Source: Phycisphaerales bacterium (GTDB taxonomy: Bacteria > Planctomycetota > Phycisphaerae > Phycisphaerales > UBA1924). Taken from it: a DNA stretch of 64,000 bases. A model generated the notes under the pieces. That model worked only from the letters and a program-made list of their open reading frames with translations, did not search any database and was not told the origin of the DNA. The translations under genes and the position numbers were made by a program. The first letter of the stretch is position 1; the number at the start of each line of letters is the position of its first letter. Shown here in pieces: positions 20,524 to 28,878 of this stretch. The stretch covers positions 611,535 to 675,534 of the forward strand of contig JAXMAK010000003.1 of assembly GCA_046350435.1 (NCBI GenBank), in the 5' to 3' direction.

Positions 20524-21246
20524 CTAATAGTGACACGCTCCGCAGTTCTCCGGCGGCTGCTTCTGAAGCACATCCACCTGCTGCTTGGACTCAAGGCTCA
20601 ACGCCTTGCCGCTCTTGCGGTCCGCGAGTTCTTTCTGCACCCAGTCAAGGCTTGTCACCTTGTCCTTGGGCACGATGTTGTTTTCCGGAGCGCGATGGCA
20701 ATCAAGACACCAGCTCATGCTCAGCGGCTGGTCATGCGTCACAACCGGCATCGAATCGATGCGACCGTGACAGCTAAAGCAGCTCACGCCCGCGTTGATG
20801 TGCACATGGTGCGGGAAGTTGTGCACGTAATCAGGCAGCTTGTGCACGCGCCGCCACGGGATGCTTTCATCCTTCGTGTACGCCGCGCGAATGAACTCTG
20901 TCTTCTGCTTGTGCGACGCGCTGAATTGATCCGTGCCCTCGACGAGCAGGTTCAGCTTGCCATCACTGTGGCAGCCGTAGCACGTCGCGACATTCGGAAT
21001 GTTCGCTTCGTAACTCTTCTCAACTTTCGTGTGGCAATACCGGCAATCAAGCCCGAGTTTGCCCGCGTGCAGTTGGTGATTGAACCCGCCGCCAGGCTGC
21101 GTCGGCATGTACCCCACGCGCCAGAACTTTGGCGTCGCGTAATACCAAAAGCCGCCAACTGCCGCGACAGCCCCAGTCAGCCCGGCGATCGCCGCAACTG
21201 TTGGGAACACGTTAAATGACTTTGGAAACAGCACTGACACGCGCAC
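20524..21246 (-). CDS. actA: Alternative Complex III pentaheme cytochrome c subunit ActA
   Basis: Five CxxCH motifs (CRYCH, CYGCH, CFSCH, CLDCH, CGACH) and an N-terminal membrane anchor. Confidence 0.9.
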   Translation of the reverse strand: MRVSVLFPKSFNVFPTVAAIAGLTGAVAAVGGFWYYATPKFWRVGYMPTQPGGGFNHQLHAGKLGLDCRYCHTKVEKSYEANIPNVATCYGCHSDGKLNLLVEGTDQFSASHKQKTEFIRAAYTKDESIPWRRVHKLPDYVHNFPHHVHINAGVSCFSCHGRIDSMPVVTHDQPLSMSWCLDCHRAPENNIVPKDKVTSLDWVQKELADRKSGKALSLESKQQVDVLQKQPPENCGACHY

Positions 21247-21545
21247 GTCTCCTCACAAATCCTGGCCGGCAATCAGGCACCCCAAACCCGATCGCAAACG
21301 CAGAACGCAACTAACAGACCATCAACACCTCATTGGATACCAGCCATTTTGTGAACACTGGCACCAATAACACGTACCGACATCCTGCCGGAACATTGGG
21401 GCATAGGTTAGCACCAATTCCCGAAGTTTGCTGTCAAACGGGAAAAATTCCGACCTGCGCCTATTCTGTGCCGTAAGCCTTCTTGTCTGACGGTAACCGT
21501 CCGACACTACAGAAGTGCCAAAAATCCCCTGAACAAGGAGGATGA

Positions 21546-22943
21546 ATGACCACCCAGACGACATCGTCATCTTCAGAACAATACCCGACCTCAATCCTAA
21601 CACAAGCCCTTCCAGCCGGGTTTGTGAGCACGTTAGTCCTTTGGGCAACGTGGTTTGCTACTCACCTTCCGTGGGTTGGCCTCCCTGAGGATCAATCCAT
21701 ACCACTCATCCTCACGCTGTGGGGTCTGTCGTTGGTCTGGGTCGGCTGGCGCGCAACCGACAAGTTTTCCAGAGTCGTCGTCATCGGCGCATGCGCAGGC
21801 ATGATCGCCGCCCTCGTCGGCTTGTTGCTGCTGGGCAGCAAACTGACGCAAACGACTGACGCAACAGCAATGAACAGCGTCGTCGCAAAGCCCAGTGCAC
21901 CGGTCATTGCAATTGGCTTCGTCGCTTTCGGAGCCGTGCTTGGAGCGATCTGCTCATCGCTCGGCGCCAATCTCCCCCGCGCTGGCTCATGTCGTCCAAT
22001 GGGCCTGCACACCTTCGCACTCACCACAATCTTCGCAGGCGCACCGCTTCTCTTCGTGGGCGGACTCGTCACGAGCACCAACTCAGGCATGGCCGTGCCT
22101 GATTGGCCCAACACCTACGGCACCAACATGTTCTTGTATCCACTGGGCCCGCGCGTCGCACCAGACATTTTCTTTGAACACAGCCACCGACTATTCGGCA
22201 CGCTGTTTGGCGTTACCGGATTGGTCTTGCTCGTGTGGGTCTTGCTCGCAGCAAAATCGAACACCGGCGCAAAGCACGTGCGCTGGCTGACGATCGCAGC
22301 GTTCCTCGGCATCGTCGCGCAAGGCGCACTGGGAGGCGTGCGAGTCCTGATGGGCAGCAAAGACCACGCCGAAGACAACCGCTGGCTCAGTATGTTCCAC
22401 GGCGTGCTCGCACAACTGGTTTTTGCCTTAGTAGTCGCAGTCGCCGTGAAGTTACTCCCCCGCTATCGAACTTCTCTCCAAGAAACCATCGTCGCGACAG
22501 CAGAAAGCAAAAAACTCCGCCTGCTCGCAACCGCCGCACTGCACTCAAGCATTCTTCAATTGCTCCTAGGCGCGATGTACCGGCACTTGCGATCGTCACA
22601 CGTGCTCTGGACACACATCGCCTTCGCATTCATCGTCGCCGCATTCGGCTTAATGGTCGGCTTAGTCGCGAACAGCATGCACGCCAAAGAAGACGACATG
22701 CGCACCGCCCCAATGTCTGCTCTTTCACCCGTCGCACGCAGACTGGGTTCGTGGATCGTCGTCTGCGTCGCGCTACAGTTCACGCTGGGGTGGGCCGCCT
22801 TCCTTTTCGCAGGGAGAGGAATCCAAGCGGAAACCAACATCCAAGCCCTCCTCCGCACCGCCCACCAGGCCAACGGTGCCGCCATGTTCGCGCTCTTGAC
22901 GGCGATGTTCCTCGTCGCCCGTCGGCTTGCTCCCAAGCACTAA
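21546..22943 (+). CDS. ctaA: Heme A synthase (COX15/CtaA family)
   Basis: 465 aa, polytopic. 'VPDWPNTYGTNMFLYPL' and 'FFEHSHRLFG' are typical of CtaA/COX15. Shine-Dalgarno AAGGAGG at 21535..21541. Divergent from the act operon. Confidence 0.85.
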   Translation: MTTQTTSSSSEQYPTSILTQALPAGFVSTLVLWATWFATHLPWVGLPEDQSIPLILTLWGLSLVWVGWRATDKFSRVVVIGACAGMIAALVGLLLLGSKLTQTTDATAMNSVVAKPSAPVIAIGFVAFGAVLGAICSSLGANLPRAGSCRPMGLHTFALTTIFAGAPLLFVGGLVTSTNSGMAVPDWPNTYGTNMFLYPLGPRVAPDIFFEHSHRLFGTLFGVTGLVLLVWVLLAAKSNTGAKHVRWLTIAAFLGIVAQGALGGVRVLMGSKDHAEDNRWLSMFHGVLAQLVFALVVAVAVKLLPRYRTSLQETIVATAESKKLRLLATAALHSSILQLLLGAMYRHLRSSHVLWTHIAFAFIVAAFGLMVGLVANSMHAKEDDMRTAPMSALSPVARRLGSWIVVCVALQFTLGWAAFLFAGRGIQAETNIQALLRTAHQANGAAMFALLTAMFLVARRLAPKH

Positions 22944-23184
22944 GCGTCCGCGAACACAATCAAGGCGAACCACCCACGTGCAAAATCCCTGAGATTTGCG
23001 GTACTTTCAGCATCCGCTCGCTGCTTGTGCGAGATTGCATCGCCGCCATGCAACTCCCCCCACTTCACCTGCGAACAGTTCAACCGCGACTGTCGTTTGT
23101 CGCTCATTTTGTCCAATCTACACTGGAGCCGTATCCTTGAGCAGTTCAGCAACCGAACCCAAACCACATTCAGGGCACAAATCA

Positions 23185-24345
23185 ATGAGTCTTGACAGCG
23201 ACAGTTCTCCCTCTTCCGCAGCAGTGACCGGCCATGTTGCAATGAGCCGCAAGAAGAAGTCTGACCCACACGCAACACGCTGGGGCAAGTTCCTCCAAGC
23301 CGCAATCAAAATGAATTCGAGCGACTTGATCATGAAGAGCGATCAAGTGCCCAAGCTTCGTCTGCGTGGCGCGCTCAAGCCTCTCGACTGCGAACCAGTC
23401 AGCGCCGAAGAGTTCTGGGGCATCGCCGAAGCGATCCTCGACAAAGAGCAGCAGGAAGACCTGCACAAGTTTGGCTCCGTCGACTTCGCATACGACTACG
23501 ACGACCACAACCGCTTCCGCGTGAACCTCTTCCAGGCCCGCGGCAAGCTCTCTGTCGCCGCACGTCTCATCACGAGCAACATCCGCAAGTTCGAGCAACT
23601 CTATCTGCCGCCCATCATGAGCGACATCGCTCTCCAGCCCAACGGCATCGTGCTGTTGTGCGGCGTCACAGGTTCAGGTAAGTCAACAACCATCGCCGCC
23701 ATGCTCGACTACGTGAACGAGCGCAAGCCCGTCCACATCGTGACGATCGAAGACCCGATCGAATATATCTTCAACGATAAGAAAGCCACGATCAACCAGC
23801 GCGAGATCGGCATCGACTGCCTCGACTTCAAGATCGCCCTCCGCGCCCTCGTGCGTGAAAACCCCGACATCGTGCTCGTCGGCGAAATGCGCGACAACGA
23901 AACCTTCGAAGCCGCGCTCCACGCCGCAGAAACAGGTCACTTGGTGTACGGAACGATCCACGCATCCAGCACCACGCAGTGCTTCAGCCGCATCTACGGC
24001 TTGTTCGAACAGGAAGAAGTCGAGCAAGTCCGCAAGATTCTCGCGTACCAGATGCGCGGCTTCGTTTACCAGAAACTGCTCCCGACGCTGCACCCGGAAA
24101 TCGCCCGCATCCCCGCACTCGAAATCCTCATCAACAACGGCGTCGTCCGCAAGTTCATTCTCGAAGGCCGCGAAGGCGAACTCCGCGAATACCTCAAGAG
24201 CGTCGAAGCCCGCCAAATCGGCATGGTCGACTTCAACCAAAGCCTCGTGCAACTCGTGGAACAGGAATACATCCACCTCCGAGTCGCCGAAGAATCCAGC
24301 CCGAACGTGGATGAGTTCCGCATGATGCTGAAGAAACTGGGATAA
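23185..24345 (+). CDS. pilT: Type IV pilus retraction ATPase, PilT/PilU family
   Basis: ORF 22996..24345 trimmed to the ATG at 23185. Walker A GVTGSGKST, Walker B IVLVGEMRD, His box ETGHLVYGTIHA. Confidence 0.85.
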   Translation: MSLDSDSSPSSAAVTGHVAMSRKKKSDPHATRWGKFLQAAIKMNSSDLIMKSDQVPKLRLRGALKPLDCEPVSAEEFWGIAEAILDKEQQEDLHKFGSVDFAYDYDDHNRFRVNLFQARGKLSVAARLITSNIRKFEQLYLPPIMSDIALQPNGIVLLCGVTGSGKSTTIAAMLDYVNERKPVHIVTIEDPIEYIFNDKKATINQREIGIDCLDFKIALRALVRENPDIVLVGEMRDNETFEAALHAAETGHLVYGTIHASSTTQCFSRIYGLFEQEEVEQVRKILAYQMRGFVYQKLLPTLHPEIARIPALEILINNGVVRKFILEGREGELREYLKSVEARQIGMVDFNQSLVQLVEQEYIHLRVAEESSPNVDEFRMMLKKLG

Positions 24346-24347
24346 GA

Positions 24348-24463
24348 AGGCACTAGGGACTGGGCACTAGGCATCAGCAAAATCAACTATGAAAAAGCGC
24401 CGACTCCCACAGTCGGCGTTTTTCTTCTTTTGCCAGTGCCCAGTGCCCAGCCCCCAGTGCCTT
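24348..24463. repeat. Heptad-built palindromic element (GGCACTR variant), copy 3
   Basis: Left arm 24348..24378, right arm 24431..24463. Encloses a bidirectional terminator hairpin. Lies between the convergent pilT and rhomboid genes. Confidence 0.8.
24392..24424. terminator. Bidirectional rho-independent terminator between pilT and the rhomboid gene
   Basis: 'aaaaagcgccgactcccacagtcggcgttttt': a GCGCCGACT/AGTCGGCG(T) stem flanked by an A-run and a T-run. Confidence 0.75.
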
Positions 24464-24465
24464 CC

Positions 24466-25641
24466 CTACTTCTTCATATCAGTCGCACGCTTGAGTATCG
24501 CCAACTCCTCCGTCGACAAACTCGCTGGCCCCTGCTCGCGATACTTCACCAAAATCTTGTCCACCTGCGCATCCAACTCCGGATCAACTTCACGCAGCGT
24601 CTTGGGTCGCGAGTCCTGCGCGATCCGCAGTTTCTTCTTGCCCCCAAAGAGCCTTCGCACACGATCCCACAGATCCGTGAACTCCGCAAAGAAGTCCTTC
24701 AATAAGTGCGACCGCCGGATAAAGAAGAATCCCGCGATCGCCCCGCCAATATGCGCCGCCTCACCGCCCGCGTTGTTCCACCGGAACAACACCGTCAGCG
24801 CCGCGATGATGATGCTTCCGTACGCCAACGCACGAATCGAAACTGGAATGAGTCCAAACAACGCCAACTGCATCCGCGGCTCGAGATACGCCGCCGACAT
24901 CATCACACCAAACACACCCGCCGACGCACCAACCAGCGGAGCCGTCATGCTGCCAGGCAGCAAGCCAGGAATCGAAAATCCAAGCTGCGCAGCTGCCGTT
25001 CCAAGTCCATTCAACATCAAATACATGAGCCCGCCCGACAACCCGCAGATGAGATAAAACGCCAGATACCGCGACGATGACCCCATCCGCTCTTCAGTCA
25101 CCCGCCCGAAAATCCACAAGGCCATCATGTTGAACACAATGTGCATGATGCCTGCATGCAAAAACTGAAAAGTAATGAGCCGCCATACTTCGCCCGCTAG
25201 CAATCGGGCAGTTGAAAAGTGCCCCCAAGCCGACAGGTGGTCTTCAACGACGTATTGATCTGCGTAAACCCAAAGATTGGTCGCCGGATCTATTCGAAGC
25301 CTAAAAAGAAAGTTCCCTAGCTTCGATGTTTCTTTACTATCTGCAAAGTCGCTGACCACCGGTTGCAGCGTGCCCGACTCGCTATCAAGCGCAGCCCGTC
25401 GATACCCTTTTTCGTTCCGAAGATTTTTGTCTTGTATGTTGTTTTCCGCGCGTTGCGCCGCAGTAAGCAGTGAGCGAGAGCTCATGTATCGAGGCGTTCC
25501 AATGGCCGCAAAGTTGGCCATGAACCACCCCATGACAAACACCGCCACATTAATCACAATGAGCCACACCGTCACCGGCGTATGTCCAAACGCCGACTGC
25601 CGATGCTGCTTGAAAACGTAATCGCGATCGTGTATTCCCAT
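24466..25641 (-). CDS. Rhomboid-family intramembrane serine protease
   Basis: WRLITFQFLHAGIMHIVFNMM and the catalytic GASAGVFG motif. Long N-terminal and C-terminal extensions. Confidence 0.85.
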   Translation of the reverse strand: MGIHDRDYVFKQHRQSAFGHTPVTVWLIVINVAVFVMGWFMANFAAIGTPRYMSSRSLLTAAQRAENNIQDKNLRNEKGYRRAALDSESGTLQPVVSDFADSKETSKLGNFLFRLRIDPATNLWVYADQYVVEDHLSAWGHFSTARLLAGEVWRLITFQFLHAGIMHIVFNMMALWIFGRVTEERMGSSSRYLAFYLICGLSGGLMYLMLNGLGTAAAQLGFSIPGLLPGSMTAPLVGASAGVFGVMMSAAYLEPRMQLALFGLIPVSIRALAYGSIIIAALTVLFRWNNAGGEAAHIGGAIAGFFFIRRSHLLKDFFAEFTDLWDRVRRLFGGKKKLRIAQDSRPKTLREVDPELDAQVDKILVKYREQGPASLSTEELAILKRATDMKK

Positions 25642-25838
25642 GAGTCAGTCTTTGACGTTGCTGCAACCTGCGTTGATACTGCTTACTTCGCAAAACTTCG
25701 TCGCCCGTCGTTACGAGCACGCCCAACCGTGCGTTCGGCTATATCGGCCATTCGCAGGCAATTCTCGGAAAACTCCCAACCCAAAAACACCACGCAAATC
25801 AAGCATCTTTGGGATTCGCAGCACTGCACTTTCAAGAG

Positions 25839-26384
25839 TCACAAAACCCCGGCACGCCTCGCCCACAGCAACGCGAGAATGGTCTTCGCATCCGTGATCT
25901 CACCCGCCCCCACCATCTCGATCGCCCGATCAACCGTCACAAAGTACGGCTGAATCGTCTCATCAGGCTCCAGATGCTGCCCGACATGCGTCAAATCCGT
26001 CGCAAGAAAAAAGTGCATCACTTCATCCGTCAACCCCGGCGCAGTGAGCCACGACGTGAGATACTTCAAACTCCCCGCCCGATACCCCGTCTCCTCCCCA
26101 AGTTCACGCGCCGCACAAACCTCTGGAGTCTCCTGCCGCCCATTCGCATCCGGCTTCGCCCGCGTGCCCGCCGGCAGTTCCACAATTGTTCGCTCGAGCG
26201 TGATCCGAAAATTCCGAATCAACACCACTTGCCGATCAGCACCACTGCCAAGTATCGGCAGCACAATCACCGACCCCGGATGACGAATGATGGCCCGCGA
26301 CGCAACCGAGCCGTCACTATTCCGCGACGTCACTGTCTCAACGTTGTACTTTGCAGTTTCAAGAAGCAATCGTCGCTGAATCAT
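25839..26384 (-). CDS. Nudix hydrolase (ADP-ribose pyrophosphatase-like)
   Basis: ORF 25839..26462 trimmed to the ATG at 26384. Nudix box '...GRQETPEVCAARELGEETGY'. Confidence 0.8.
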   Translation of the reverse strand: MIQRRLLLETAKYNVETVTSRNSDGSVASRAIIRHPGSVIVLPILGSGADRQVVLIRNFRITLERTIVELPAGTRAKPDANGRQETPEVCAARELGEETGYRAGSLKYLTSWLTAPGLTDEVMHFFLATDLTHVGQHLEPDETIQPYFVTVDRAIEMVGAGEITDAKTILALLWARRAGVL

Positions 26385-26552
26385 GTGTTCTCCGCGAGTC
26401 GGAGGTTTTGCAAAGTAAACCCCACGCAACTTCCCCCGCGAGATCGCCCCTCGCAGTTGCACGGGCTTCCAGCCCGTGTGTCACATGGCCTTCAAGGCCA
26501 TGCGAATAAGCGAAGGACGTTACGACAAGCGCGTACTCTCGCAAGCGACAGT

Positions 26553-27713
26553 ATGAACGTTCATGTCAGCACAACGCCGAACGCTCAGATTTCACTCCAC
26601 CCCAGTTGGTGGCTCGCGTTCGTGCCGCGCCGCGGCGTCGTGATCGCCATCATCATCCTCATCGCAGGCTACTTCGCAGTCCGAGCGATCTCGCCCTCAC
26701 CTCGATCCGAATACCTACTGCTGTTCGCCGCCTTCTTGCTGGTCGCCGAATTCATCCGGGGCGTGCTGATGGTCACGCTCTTCCGCTACACGCTCACGAC
26801 CACACACATCAGCGCAACCATCGGCATCCTCCAACGCCAACGCGAAGAAATCGCCCTCACCCGCGTGCAACGCATCGGCGTCCACCAAACACTCATCCAA
26901 CGCATCTGTGGCGTCGGCAACCTCGACGTCGCCGCAGCCGATGGCCTACCCGTCATCTGGCACTGGATCCCGAACCCAGAATCGATCGCTACTCAAGTTC
27001 GCGACGCAGTCGCACGCAGTGAAAATACCGCTCCAAGCCACGAACCGACACAAAACAATTTCGCAACCCCACATTTGAAATACACCCCCTCCCCCACCAC
27101 TCTTCCCACCATGCCCTTTATGACCATCGGCCTCGTCGGCGGCATCGGCGCTGGCAAATCCGCCGTCGCAAAAATCCTCAGCGACCTTGGCTACGTCGTC
27201 CTCGACGCAGACAAAGACGCCAAAGCCGCGCTCGACCTCCCCAACGTGCGCGATCAACTTGTGTCATGGTGGAGCAGCAAAATCCTTGACGCCGCCGGAA
27301 AAATCGACCGCAAGAAACTCGCCGCGATCGTCTTTCAAGACCCAAACCAGCGCAAACGCCTCGAAGCCCTCGTCCACCCAATCGTCACAAGCACCCGCGC
27401 CGCCGCCATCGCAACCGCCAAGCGCGAAGGCAAACCAGGCGTGATCGTCGACGCCCCACTTCTCTTCGAAGCCGGCAGCGACAAAGACTGCGACGCCGTC
27501 ATTTTCGTCGACGCCCCACGCAACGCGCGCCTCGCACGAGTCCTCGAACGCGGCTGGACCGAAGACGAATTCACCCGCCGCGAAGCCGCACAGATGTCGC
27601 TTGAAGAGAAACGTCAAAAATCAGACGCTGTCGTTGTAAATGACGCAGACTTGCCCACACTTCGTGATCGAACAACGCGAGCGATACACGACCTTCGTCA
27701 AAAGATCACTTGA
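26553..27713 (+). CDS. coaE: Membrane bPH_2 (YdbS/DUF304-like) domain fused in-frame to dephospho-CoA kinase
   Basis: Real start taken as the ATG at 26553 inside ORF 25809..27713. The N-terminal part has 2 TM helices plus a PH-like domain (FRYTLTTTHISATIGILQRQREEIAL...). The CoaE part starts at the internal ATG 27111 (MTIGLVGGIGAGKS P-loop). There is no stop codon between the two parts. Confidence 0.65.
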   Translation: MNVHVSTTPNAQISLHPSWWLAFVPRRGVVIAIIILIAGYFAVRAISPSPRSEYLLLFAAFLLVAEFIRGVLMVTLFRYTLTTTHISATIGILQRQREEIALTRVQRIGVHQTLIQRICGVGNLDVAAADGLPVIWHWIPNPESIATQVRDAVARSENTAPSHEPTQNNFATPHLKYTPSPTTLPTMPFMTIGLVGGIGAGKSAVAKILSDLGYVVLDADKDAKAALDLPNVRDQLVSWWSSKILDAAGKIDRKKLAAIVFQDPNQRKRLEALVHPIVTSTRAAAIATAKREGKPGVIVDAPLLFEAGSDKDCDAVIFVDAPRNARLARVLERGWTEDEFTRREAAQMSLEEKRQKSDAVVVNDADLPTLRDRTTRAIHDLRQKIT

Positions 27714-27734
27714 CAAAATACTCAGCCAACCTCA

Positions 27735-28400
27735 CTAGAACAAAAGACTGCCCCAAAATTGCACCAAGTGATCCGACAGCCATTCCGCAGCTGGGCGAAC
27801 GATGCGAGCTCCCATCATGAACACACCGATCATCATGACGACCACCAATATTTGCGCTTTCTCGTGACTGTAAAAGCGTCGCACAGCGGGGAAGAAACTC
27901 ATAATGATGCTTGAGCCGTCAAGAGGCGGGACGGGAAGCAAGTTGAAAAAGAACAAGATCAAGTTCAGCCACGTTCCCATATCAAGGAAGTGAAGCAAGT
28001 TCTGCCGCAACGCTTCGTTGTTGATGTTGTGCCCGAAGCGAACATGAATGACTAGAAACAGTGAAAAAATGATCGCGAGTATGAGGTTGCTCGCGGGACC
28101 CGCGAACGAAACCAGCGCATCGTCGTAGCGTCTTCTGAAGTTGTACGGATTGACGGGCATCAATCCCCATGTGTACCCCACGAGCGCGAACATGATCCAT
28201 GCCATGGGGGGAATGTGCACGAATGGATTGATCGTCATGTGCCCCGTATGCAAAGGCACATCATCGCCGCACTTGATCGCAACCCAGCCGTGCGCGAGTT
28301 CATGAATCACAATCGATCCAATGACAAGAACGATCCATGAGACAAGCGCGGGCGCTCCTAGGGTTTCAAGCGTTTCTGTCACCCACCAGGTTTGCTGCAT
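27735..28400 (-). CDS. Site-2 protease family (peptidase M50) membrane metalloprotease
   Basis: HELAHG zinc motif in TM1. 221 aa, polytopic. Confidence 0.8.
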   Translation of the reverse strand: MQQTWWVTETLETLGAPALVSWIVLVIGSIVIHELAHGWVAIKCGDDVPLHTGHMTINPFVHIPPMAWIMFALVGYTWGLMPVNPYNFRRRYDDALVSFAGPASNLILAIIFSLFLVIHVRFGHNINNEALRQNLLHFLDMGTWLNLILFFFNLLPVPPLDGSSIIMSFFPAVRRFYSHEKAQILVVVMMIGVFMMGARIVRPAAEWLSDHLVQFWGSLLF

Positions 28401-28669
28401 ACATGCCTCCCGACTTCGTTGAGGTAGTGCTTTGAAAATTCCCTCGCGAGAATAGCCTCAGCCCCTCACAATGTGTACGTACCGCTCGCGCATCGTCGCT
28501 TGGAGTGTTCGATTGGCACTTGCTTGACTATTCACTCGCATCACCACTCTCGCGATGTGTTGACAACGTCGCAGATTGCAGAAATAACCAAAGCAGACCA
28601 AAATCCGATGGAACCGTTCCGATGTGAGAGAACAGACTACCGGACTCTTGCAAATGTATGTGAAACAAG

Positions 28670-28712
28670 AAAAAAACCCCGCTGACGCCGGGGGGATTAG
28701 CGTCAACGGGGT
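28670..28712 (-). terminator. Strong rho-independent terminator
   Basis: The minus strand reads 'ccccgttgacgc taatccccccg gcgtcagcgggg ttttttt': a 12-bp stem (one G-U pair) followed by T7. Confidence 0.8.
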
Positions 28713-28730
28713 GAAAGGAGGTGCTTGGTT
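28670..28730 (-). ncRNA. Candidate ~60-nt small RNA with anti-Shine-Dalgarno seed
   Basis: Bounded by the promoter at 28737..28765 and the terminator at 28670..28712. The predicted unpaired 5' part 'aaccaagcaCCUCCUuucacc' contains CCUCC (complement of GGAGG at 28717..28721). Confidence 0.45.
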
Positions 28731-28736
28731 CGACAG

Positions 28737-28765
28737 ATTATCGCTCATTGCGAAGTTTCTGTCAA
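28737..28765 (-). promoter_or_regulatory. Near-consensus sigma-70-type promoter (TTGACA-17 nt-GATAAT)
   Basis: On the minus strand, TTGACA lies at 28760..28765, a 17-nt spacer at 28743..28759, and GATAAT at 28737..28742. Confidence 0.55.
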
Positions 28766-28878
28766 GCGAATTATTGTGAAATTGCACACCAGACTAACGG
28801 GATATTTTCAGAAAATACACTATCCGTAGTAGGTAGTTTCCCTGAGTATCCCTTAGGACTCTCGTGTCCCTTGCAATA

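Noticed and set aside
21322-21648. 108-aa minus-strand ORF in the actA-ctaA divergent promoter region.
   Set aside because: It overlaps the ctaA start and its Shine-Dalgarno sequence, and it has no motifs. It is probably a chance ORF in a regulatory region.
25809-26552. N-terminal 248 codons of ORF 25809..27713, and similarly 29488..30333 of ORF 29488..31275.
   Set aside because: Both overlap well-supported genes on the opposite strand (Nudix, PEP-CTERM protein) and are Arg/Pro-rich. Credible starts with proper N-termini exist at 26553 and 30334.
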